In this document: positions 1 through 6,364 of the stretch, in pieces
Numbering within the stretch: position 1 is the stretch's first letter
Layout: every line of letters starts with the position of its first letter
Source of the DNA: an uncultured archaeon
GTDB taxonomy: Archaea; Iainarchaeota; Iainarchaeia; Iainarchaeales; CSSED10-239
Assembly (NCBI GenBank): GCA_964591795.1
Contig: CAZQEL010000027.1
Coordinates: forward strand, 1 to 8,417
DNA length: 8,417 nt
Direction of reading: 5' to 3'
Notes under the pieces: model-generated
The model's database searches: none
The model's input: only the letters and a program-made list of their open reading frames with translations
Told to the model about the DNA's origin: nothing
Program-made: the position numbers and the translations under genes

Positions 1-76
1 TGATATAGAATTTATACCTTCTTATATTAGAAGAAAAAAAACAAAGCATTTAGATCAAACAAAAGAAACTATTCAA

Positions 77-532
77 ATGTTTAGGACTGATGCGCCAACT
101 TCTATTTATATTTCTGTTTTCTTTATAATTATTTTAAGTTCTTTAATTAATTTTGTGTTTTTTACAAATTTTATGAAGTTTTATTTAATTGATATTTTAG
201 GAGTAATATTAATTATTTGTTCAGGTATAATAGAATACAATGCGATTATTTCATTAAAAGAAAATTATTACCCTCAAACAGGTAAGGAAAAAAATTTAAT
301 TATAAATGGGATTTTTAAATATATAAGACATCCAATTTATTTATCAGGTTTATTTTTAGGTTTAGGTATACTTATCTTTTTTGCGAAGAATATATGGTAT
401 TATTTATACCCAATAATGGTGATTGCTATTATTTATAAAATAGAATCTGAAGAAAAATATCTTTTGAAAAGATTTAAAACATATAAAGCTTATCAAAAAA
501 AAAGCTATAAGATAATACCTTATATCTATTAA
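77..532 (+). CDS. Isoprenylcysteine carboxyl methyltransferase (ICMT) / phospholipid methyltransferase-family integral membrane methyltransferase
   Basis: 151-aa ORF with four hydrophobic spans. It has the family hallmark IRHPIYLSGLF (RHPxYxG), followed by a C-terminal EEKYLLKRFKTYKAYQKK...IPYIY block typical of ICMT/PEMT-like enzymes. There is no SD motif before ATG77. The same frame stays open back to nt 2 (DIEFIPSYIRRKKTKHLDQTKETIQ-M...), so the true start may lie upstream of the window. Confidence 0.7.
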   Translation: MFRTDAPTSIYISVFFIIILSSLINFVFFTNFMKFYLIDILGVILIICSGIIEYNAIISLKENYYPQTGKEKNLIINGIFKYIRHPIYLSGLFLGLGILIFFAKNIWYYLYPIMVIAIIYKIESEEKYLLKRFKTYKAYQKKSYKIIPYIY

Positions 533-537
533 AATCA

Positions 538-557
538 ATAAGTATTTATATACTTAT
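538..557. promoter_or_regulatory. Perfect 8-N4-8 palindrome ATAAGTAT-TTAT-ATACTTAT (terminator of the methyltransferase gene or operator of the AI-2E gene)
   Basis: 538-545 is the exact reverse complement of 550-557. It lies 6 nt after the TAA at 530-532 and 46 nt before ATG603. It overlaps a TATA-like TATTTATATA at 543-552. Confidence 0.25.
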
Positions 558-562
558 AACAT

Positions 563-591
563 ATTATTATTATTATTATTATTAAAAAAAA
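563..591. repeat. (ATT)7 trinucleotide microsatellite followed by A8, in the leader/promoter region of the AI-2E transporter gene
   Basis: Seven perfect ATT units at 563-583 are directly followed by eight A (584-591), then the GTGAT SD-like motif (592-596) and ATG603. Confidence 0.9.
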
Positions 592-602
592 GTGATAAAA
601 AC

Positions 603-1613
603 ATGATTAATACAAATAAAGACTTTAATAAGTATTTTGCAATGGTAATTTTGATAATATTAGCAATATTTATTTGCATATACATTTGGCCTTATATTAA
701 TGGTTTCTTTGGAGCTTTTATATTATTCGCATTGTTTTTACCAGTACATAGATGGTTTATAAAAAAATTGAAGATAAATAAGAATTTTTCTGCAGTTTTA
801 ATAATTATTTTAACTATACTTTTAGTAATTATTCCATCCTATTTTATAATTGCAAATTCATATACTCAAGTAGTTGGTCTATTAGATCAAAAGGATGTGT
901 TAATTTCACAATTAGCAACTTTTGAACAAAAATATCCTGGACTTGGAATTTCAAACACAATTAATAAATCTGTGCCTAATTTAGTTAATTGGACAGCGGA
1001 TATTTTGTTTAATAATTTTAGTAATATTATGAAATCTGTAATAACTCTACTAATAATGTATTTTTTATTATTTTATTTATTAGTTTATCATAATGAACTT
1101 TATAAAAGATTAAAAGAATATTTACCATTTAGTACCAAAAATTCAATTCTTTTAGCAAAAGAGTTTACGAAAGTAACTTACGCCACATTAATAACAACAG
1201 GTCTTGTTGCAATTTTTCAAGGATTGTTATTAGGTTTAGGTTTTTGGATCTTTAACATTAAAGGTGCTGTTTTTTGGGGTCTTTTAGCTGCAGTGCTTTC
1301 TTTCTTACCAATTTTAGGTGTTCCTTTAATTTGGATACCATTTGTTATAATATATTTGGTTAGAAATAATATTAGTATAGCTATTGGAATTTTAATACTT
1401 GGTCTTATAATTAATTATTCTGAATATTTCATAAGACCTTATCTTCAAAGAAAAATAGGAGATTTACACCCATTGATTTCAATTATTGGTATATTTATTG
1501 GTGTAGCTGCTTTTGGATTTGTAGGTATAGTTATGGGCCCATTAATTCTATCGTATTTTACTTTAACCTTTAGAATGTTTAAAGAAGAATATTTAAAAAA
1601 TATAAAAAAATAG
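603..1613 (+). CDS. AI-2E family transporter (PerM / UPF0118-type permease)
   Basis: 336-aa polytopic ORF with N-terminal TM pairs, a hydrophilic central segment and a C-terminal TM bundle. The segments LSFLPILGVPLIWIP and FGFVGIVMGPLIL are characteristic of the AI-2E family. An SD-like GTGAT at 592-596 lies 6 nt before the ATG. Confidence 0.75.
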   Translation: MINTNKDFNKYFAMVILIILAIFICIYIWPYINGFFGAFILFALFLPVHRWFIKKLKINKNFSAVLIIILTILLVIIPSYFIIANSYTQVVGLLDQKDVLISQLATFEQKYPGLGISNTINKSVPNLVNWTADILFNNFSNIMKSVITLLIMYFLLFYLLVYHNELYKRLKEYLPFSTKNSILLAKEFTKVTYATLITTGLVAIFQGLLLGLGFWIFNIKGAVFWGLLAAVLSFLPILGVPLIWIPFVIIYLVRNNISIAIGILILGLIINYSEYFIRPYLQRKIGDLHPLISIIGIFIGVAAFGFVGIVMGPLILSYFTLTFRMFKEEYLKNIKK

Positions 1614-1640
1614 AAAAAGAAATATAATTTATTTCTTTTT
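1614..1640. terminator. Weak AT-rich hairpin between the convergent AI-2E and membrane-protein genes (candidate bidirectional terminator)
   Basis: AAAAAGAAAT (1614-1623) is the exact reverse complement of ATTTCTTTTT (1631-1640), with a 7-nt loop. Only one G:C pair is present. The right arm overlaps the last codons and stop of the minus-strand gene. T-rich sequence follows on the plus strand. Confidence 0.35.
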
Positions 1641-2252
1641 ATTTTTCTTTAAAATTGGTTTTTTAGAAATAGGTTTTTTTTTCAAAATTACTTTTTTCTT
1701 TATTCTTTTCTTTTTAACAATAGAAACTTTTTTTGTATTAGTAACTTTGAATTTTGTTTTTTTAACTTTAGAACTTTTTCTATCTTTCCAAGCAACAATA
1801 CCTAAAATTATTAAACAACCTAAATTTATTAAGGTAATTAAACTTAATGCTCCGTGGTAGTGTCTTCTCTCGAATATTTTCCAAATCCAATATGTCCTAA
1901 ATAAAATTAGTGTTAATACTCCAACTGTAATTAAAATTATTAAGAAGTAATTAACGAAAGGAATAATTGCAAAAGGTAAAAATAATAATGGTAAAACTAT
2001 TGGTAATAAAGCAATAAATCCCCATTCCCATCTTTCTTTTGCAAGTATTGGATAAATGAAAAACTGAGCAACTGGTATCCATGCAAGAAAAGCGTATTTT
2101 GAATTTAATTTTTTTGCAATTGTATATAATGCAAATGCCTTATATAAAAAAACAATTAAAATTATCATTAACGCTGTGAAAAACATAAATACTACTAAAG
2201 CACCAAGGCCTAAACCTAATGTACTTCCAATTAACATCTCTTCAGTTAACAT
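1629..2252 (-). CDS. Orphan polytopic membrane protein with an extremely lysine-rich C-terminal tail
   Basis: 207-aa ORF with about five hydrophobic spans. A strong SD (GGAG on the minus strand, CTCC at 2261-2264) lies 8 nt before the ATG. The N-terminal segment YTIAKKLNSKYAFLAWIPVAQFFIYPILAKERWEWGF loosely resembles small membrane proteins of the DUF5684 kind; this is from memory and unverified. In the last 48 residues (nt 1632-1775) I count 23 Lys plus 1 Arg. Confidence 0.6.
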   Translation of the reverse strand: MLTEEMLIGSTLGLGLGALVVFMFFTALMIILIVFLYKAFALYTIAKKLNSKYAFLAWIPVAQFFIYPILAKERWEWGFIALLPIVLPLLFLPFAIIPFVNYFLIILITVGVLTLILFRTYWIWKIFERRHYHGALSLITLINLGCLIILGIVAWKDRKSSKVKKTKFKVTNTKKVSIVKKKRIKKKVILKKKPISKKPILKKNKKK

Positions 2253-2338
2253 TTTAAACTCTCCTATTTAATTATTATATATATATCTTGTGATATATGT
2301 TTAAAATTATATCTTTTATGTAAAAATAGGTAATCACT
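2253..2338. promoter_or_regulatory. Divergent intergenic region that must hold the promoters and RBSs of the membrane-protein (-) and U32 (+) genes
   Basis: 86 nt lie between two divergent start codons. The region contains GGAG (minus strand, 2261-2264), AGGTAATC (2328-2335) and a short (TA)5 run at 2276-2286. Individual promoter hexamers or TATA boxes cannot be called reliably against this AT background. Confidence 0.5.
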
Positions 2339-3565
2339 ATGAAAAAACCAATTCTTTTAAGTCCAGTTGGAAATTGGGAGATGTTAGTTTCAGCTATTGA
2401 TGCAAAATGTGATGCTGTTTATCTTGGTATTAAAGGATTAAACATGAGAGAAAGGGCTAAAAATTTCACATTATCTGACCTTTCAAAAATAGTTAATTAT
2501 GCTCATGCAAGAAAAGTTGAAGTTTATTTAACATTAAATATAATTATTTTTGATAAAGAAATACCTAAATTAAAAAAAATAATTAAAAAAGCAAAAGAAG
2601 CTAAGATAGATGCTATTATTGCTTGGGATCTTGCAGTAATTAAACTTGCAAGAGAAGCAAAAATACCAGTTCATTTAAGTACACAAGCGAGTGTTTCAAA
2701 TATTGAAGCTTTAAAAGAATATTACAAATTAGGTATTAAAAGATTTGTACTAGCTCGTGAGCTTACACTTAAAGATATAATAAAAATAGTGAAAGATTCT
2801 AAAAAAATAGATCCTTTAATTGAAATTGAAACATTTATACATGGAGCAATGTGTGTTTCTGAAAGTGGACGTTGTTTTATGTCTCAATTTTTATATGGTA
2901 ATGAAACTTCAGCTAATAGAGGTAAATGCATTCAACCATGTAGACGAAAATATATAATTACAGATCCTGAAACTAAAAAAGTTCTTGAAGTTAACAATAA
3001 TTATATAATGAGTCCAAATGATCTTGCTACAATTAAATTTATAGATTTACTTATTAAAGCAGGAATAAGTGTTTTTAAAATTGAAGGAAGGATTAAAGGG
3101 CCTGAATATGTAAAAACAGTAACTGAGAGTTATAGGCAAGCTATTGATTATTATTTTTTAAAAAAATTAACATCTAAAGTAAAAGAAGATCTTTACTTAA
3201 AACTTAATTCAGTTTATAATAGAGGTTTTTCAAATGGATTTTATATGGGCACACCAATAAACAAATGGTCTGATGCTTATGGAAATAAATCTAAAACTAA
3301 AAAAATATATATAGGTAAAATTACTAAAATATTTAAAAAAATAAATGTAGTAGAAGTTAAAATTGAAGTTAGTGATCTTAAAATAAATGATAATATTTTA
3401 ATTATTGGTCCTAAAATAGGAACTATTGAGCAAAAATTAACTAGTATTCAAAGAGATGTTAATATTCCATTAACTGTTGCAAAAAAAGGAGATGTTGTTG
3501 CAATTAAAATTAAAGATAAAAAACTTCCATTTAAAAATGATAAATTATATATTTTTCAAGAATGA
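2339..3565 (+). CDS. Peptidase U32 family protein (collagenase-like; probable Fe-S dependent RNA/quinone hydroxylase-type enzyme)
   Basis: 408-aa ORF. ETFIHGAMCVSESGRCFMS matches the U32 signature E-x-F-x2-G-[SA]-[LIVM]-C-x4-G-x-C-x-[LIVM]-S. Four Cys are present at C172, C179, C197 and C201 (nt 2852-2941). The C-terminal beta-barrel-like segment (IYIGKITKI...GDVVAIKI) resembles the U32 C-terminal domain. SD-like AGGTAATC at 2328-2335. TGA stop. Confidence 0.85.
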   Translation: MKKPILLSPVGNWEMLVSAIDAKCDAVYLGIKGLNMRERAKNFTLSDLSKIVNYAHARKVEVYLTLNIIIFDKEIPKLKKIIKKAKEAKIDAIIAWDLAVIKLAREAKIPVHLSTQASVSNIEALKEYYKLGIKRFVLARELTLKDIIKIVKDSKKIDPLIEIETFIHGAMCVSESGRCFMSQFLYGNETSANRGKCIQPCRRKYIITDPETKKVLEVNNNYIMSPNDLATIKFIDLLIKAGISVFKIEGRIKGPEYVKTVTESYRQAIDYYFLKKLTSKVKEDLYLKLNSVYNRGFSNGFYMGTPINKWSDAYGNKSKTKKIYIGKITKIFKKINVVEVKIEVSDLKINDNILIIGPKIGTIEQKLTSIQRDVNIPLTVAKKGDVVAIKIKDKKLPFKNDKLYIFQE

Positions 3566-3606
3566 AAATTTATAAATTATTAACTTAGGTTAAATTATAA
3601 ATTTTT
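3565..3606 (+). terminator. Long all-AT hairpin immediately after the U32 gene stop (candidate terminator)
   Basis: AAAATTTATAA (3565-3575) pairs with TTATAAATTTT (3595-3605). An inner stem pairs TTAAC (3580-3584) with GTTAA (3589-3593). The stem ends in a T run (3602-3606). The outer stem has no G:C pairs, so its stability is doubtful. Confidence 0.3.
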
Positions 3607-3714
3607 AAAAAAATTAAAACAAATAATATAAAAAGGTTTTCATATTTATTTATTTTATTTTAAATTTATTTAAAGTGATTATGTATTAAAAAAAAAACAG
3701 ATGCAAATTCTAAA

Positions 3715-4884
3715 ATGGCATTACCTAAAAAAACATTATTAGGTGTACAAATGTTATTTGTAGCTTTTGGTGCTACAGTTTTGGTGCCTTTATTAATTGG
3801 AATTGATCCAGCTATTGCTTTATTTACAGCTGGACTTGGAACTTTAGTTTTTCATTTAATAACAGGTGGTATAGTTCCTGTATTTTTAGGAAGTTCATTT
3901 ATTTTTATAATGCCAATTATTGCAGCAACTGCAATGTATGGTTATGCAGCAGCTTTAAGTGGTCTTATTGCTGTGGGTGTAGTATTTGTATTAATTTCAT
4001 TAGTTATTAGAAAAAAAGGAATTAAATTTGTTCAAAAACTTTTTCCACCAATTGTTGTAGGTCCAGTAATTATGATTATTGGTTTGTCTTTGGCGACCAC
4101 AGCAGTATCAATGTCATCTCATAATTGGATTTTAGCTGCAATTACTTTGATAATTGCAATAATCATTGTAACTTTTGGTAAAAATTCAATTAAATTAATA
4201 CCAATTATTGGAAGTATAGCTATTACTTATATAATTGCAATTATTTTTGGAAAAGTAGATTTTACTCCAATTGCTAATGCAAGTTGGTTTTCAATACCAA
4301 GTTTTATAGCACCAACTTTTAGTTGGGGAGCTATATTATTTATATTACCTGTAGCAATTGCTCCATTAATTGAACACATAGGTGATATGTATGCAATTAG
4401 TCATGCAACTGGAAATAATTATATTAAAAAACCGGGTATTCATAGAACTTTATTAGGAGATGGAATTGCAACTATAATTGCATCTTTTTTTGGTGGTCCT
4501 CCAAATACAACATATTCAGAAGTAACTGGAGCCATTGTTTTAACAAAATTAAAAGATCCAGTAATTTTAAGAATATCAGCAATAACTGCAATTTGTTTTG
4601 CATTTATTGGAAAAATAAGTGGTTTTTTACAAACAATACCTGATTCAATATTAGGTGGAACAATGCTTTTATTGTTTGGGATGATAACAATTGTTGGTAT
4701 TAAATCAATATCAGAATCAACAACAGATCTTAATAAAACAAAAAATATGATAATTGTTGGTGTTATGCTTGTAATTGGTGTAGGTGGAGCTGTAATTTCT
4801 TATGAAACATTTACATTAGCAGGTGTGGGATTAGCATCAATTGTAGGAATAATATTAAATTTAGTTCTTCCTAATGAAAAATAG
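3715..4884 (+). CDS. NCS2/NAT family nucleobase:cation symporter, uracil permease-like (UraA/PyrP-like; substrate not certain)
   Basis: 389-aa polytopic ORF. The N-terminal GVQMLFVAFGATVLVPLL, the TM8 motif PLIEHIGD and the TM10 motif GGPPNTTYSEVTGAIVLTK all align with hallmark UraA/PyrP segments. There is no SD before ATG3715, and no in-frame upstream start because a TGA at 3676-3678 closes the frame. Confidence 0.85.
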   Translation: MALPKKTLLGVQMLFVAFGATVLVPLLIGIDPAIALFTAGLGTLVFHLITGGIVPVFLGSSFIFIMPIIAATAMYGYAAALSGLIAVGVVFVLISLVIRKKGIKFVQKLFPPIVVGPVIMIIGLSLATTAVSMSSHNWILAAITLIIAIIIVTFGKNSIKLIPIIGSIAITYIIAIIFGKVDFTPIANASWFSIPSFIAPTFSWGAILFILPVAIAPLIEHIGDMYAISHATGNNYIKKPGIHRTLLGDGIATIIASFFGGPPNTTYSEVTGAIVLTKLKDPVILRISAITAICFAFIGKISGFLQTIPDSILGGTMLLLFGMITIVGIKSISESTTDLNKTKNMIIVGVMLVIGVGGAVISYETFTLAGVGLASIVGIILNLVLPNEK

Positions 4885-4906
4885 GTGTTAAAAATATAAA
4901 TATTTA

Positions 4907-4938
4907 CGGATATTAAAAAAATATCCGCATTTTTTTTT
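4907..4938. terminator. Intrinsic-type terminator hairpin between the convergent permease and CofE-like genes
   Basis: CGGATATT (4907-4914) pairs perfectly with AATATCCG (4920-4927) around a 5-nt AAAAA loop. It is followed by CA and then T9 (4930-4938). This is the only GC-containing hairpin in the window. It sits 23 nt after the permease stop and 5 nt before the stop of the convergent gene. On the minus strand the hairpin is followed by a T-rich but interrupted tract. Confidence 0.8.
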
Positions 4939-4942
4939 AAAA

Positions 4943-6139
4943 TTAATTATCTAAAAAGCCTCTAACAATAACAACAGGTGTGTTAGCGTCAGCAGAACCA
5001 GATACTAAATCTGCAAGAGAAGCTACTAGATTTTCAATTTTTCTTGGTGTTGTTCCTTGAGCTGAAAATGCATCTTTCTTTTGGTTTAAAACAAACTTTG
5101 CTTTTTCTTCTTCAATTATTTTTAATATTTCAGTCTTAGTTTTACCTTCGTTGTATAATTTTTGCATAAGGTATTTTGTTTTAACACCTATTCTATTTTT
5201 ATTTTTTATACCTTGAGTTACACCAAAAGCTGAAACTGGATCTGCTAGTTCATATATACCTGATTCTGGATCCTTATAAGCTCCATCACCATAAATTAAA
5301 ACTTCAACTTCTTGATTGAATTCTTTTTTTATCATTTCTTGAACTTTAAGACAAACTTCATTTCCTTTTTTAGGAGCTAGTTTAATTCTTTCTTTTACTG
5401 GATCAAGTATATTTGAACCCAATAAACCATATTCTGAAAATACCTCTTGTGATGAATCAGAAAAAATATCCTGCAAAGTAATTACGTTTTCAAAACCTCT
5501 TTTTTTAATTGCATTTAAAGTATCAAATCTATGATGTACATTTGATACAATTATTCCATCAGGTTTTTTATTTATTAAATATTTAGTTGAGTTTGCAAGA
5601 TAAATTTCAACATCAAGAGTAGATTCTTTTACAATTGATTTATAAAAATCAATATAATCTATTCCAGTTTCAGGATGATAAAATCTTTTTTCTCCAATTT
5701 CAGTAGTAGTTATCATATCTTCAAAGGATTTATTTAATTCTTTAAGCATTTTATGATCAATTATTGGATTACCTTGTTCATCATCAGGAAATTTTAATTG
5801 AATAATTATTTTTCCTTTAGGAACTGTTTTTGAAATTGCTTTAAGTATCATAGAGAATCTATTTCTTGAAAGTATTGGATATATTACTCCAATTATTGAA
5901 TTTTCATTTAAATTTAGTTTTTTTCTTATTTCTGTAGAAATATCATTTAAATAAACATAGTTTTTTTGAGTTATTGCAACAACAGCCTCTGTTATACATA
6001 CAATATCTCCAGATTTAATTAAATCTTTGTCTTTTTTAAGTGAATTTTTAACAATTTCAACAATATTGTCATCAAATGTAATAATTCCAGTTTTTATACC
6101 AAAAGCCATTACACCTAATTCTTTTTCATTAAGTTCCAT
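4943..6139 (-). CDS. CofE / F420-0:gamma-glutamyl ligase-fold protein, long form (about 400 aa)
   Basis: The ORF track starts at TTG 6157. I prefer ATG 6139 (MELNEKELGV...), because the TTG overlaps a GGAG motif (minus strand, 6155-6152) lying 12 nt upstream of that ATG. Family-like segments: GDIVCITEAVVAITQ, GLLGSN, the LIYGDGAYKDP..G block and the C-terminal LADLVSGSADANTPVVIVRGF. These resemble CofE/FbiB N-domain motifs as I recall them. Confidence 0.65.
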   Translation of the reverse strand: MELNEKELGVMAFGIKTGIITFDDNIVEIVKNSLKKDKDLIKSGDIVCITEAVVAITQKNYVYLNDISTEIRKKLNLNENSIIGVIYPILSRNRFSMILKAISKTVPKGKIIIQLKFPDDEQGNPIIDHKMLKELNKSFEDMITTTEIGEKRFYHPETGIDYIDFYKSIVKESTLDVEIYLANSTKYLINKKPDGIIVSNVHHRFDTLNAIKKRGFENVITLQDIFSDSSQEVFSEYGLLGSNILDPVKERIKLAPKKGNEVCLKVQEMIKKEFNQEVEVLIYGDGAYKDPESGIYELADPVSAFGVTQGIKNKNRIGVKTKYLMQKLYNEGKTKTEILKIIEEEKAKFVLNQKKDAFSAQGTTPRKIENLVASLADLVSGSADANTPVVIVRGFLDN

Positions 6140-6364
6140 AAAGTATCGTTTCTCCAAAATATTATATATTATTTAAATATATAGTAAAACACATTAATAA
6201 ATGTTTTCATATTTTTTAAAAACTAAAAATCCATATATTGATATAATTTTTATTAATTTTGATGTTTTAACCTATATATTTTTAAAGATTTCCAACTACA
6301 ATTTTTATAACTTTAAAAAAAGTTATTTTTTTGTGAAAATAAGGTGAAAATAGGTTGTGATAAA
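6140..6364. promoter_or_regulatory. Divergent intergenic region between the CofE-like (-) and Zn-ribbon (+) genes
   Basis: About 225 nt of non-coding, very AT-rich DNA lie between the preferred divergent ATG starts. The region contains both SD-like motifs (GGAG at 6152-6155 on the minus strand, GTGAT at 6357-6361) and the palindrome at 6307-6326. Confidence 0.5.
6307..6332. promoter_or_regulatory. Perfect 8-N4-8 palindrome ATAACTTT-AAAA-AAAGTTAT followed by a T run, upstream of the Zn-ribbon gene
   Basis: 6307-6314 is the exact reverse complement of 6319-6326. The T run covers 6326-6332. It lies 39 nt before ATG6365 in the divergent intergenic region. Confidence 0.25.

Noticed and set aside
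1632-1700. Near-repeated KKPIS/KKPIL peptide units in the lysine tail, as a DNA tandem repeat
   Set aside because: There are only two imperfect 15-nt units, embedded in generally low-complexity T/A-rich sequence. This is not a convincing tandem array.
2276-2286. (TA)5 dinucleotide run in the divergent promoter region
   Set aside because: It is too short to distinguish from compositional background.
3675-3689. SD-like GTGAT followed by a minimal ORF, ATG-TAT-TAA, 25 nt upstream of the SD-less permease start (possible start-stop or leader-peptide regulator)
   Set aside because: The spacer between GTGAT and the ATG is only 1 nt, against 3-6 nt at the convincing sites in this window. An ATG followed closely by TAA is expected often by chance at this composition. 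I could find no accompanying alternative hairpins.
3566-3714. PyrR-type attenuator or a nucleobase riboswitch in the 149-nt leader of the uracil-permease-like gene
   Set aside because: The region is almost pure A/T. It has no conserved GC-containing stems and none of the loop motifs I associate with PyrR binding loops or purine/xanthine riboswitches. The only structure is the all-AT hairpin right after the U32 stop, which is better read as a terminator.
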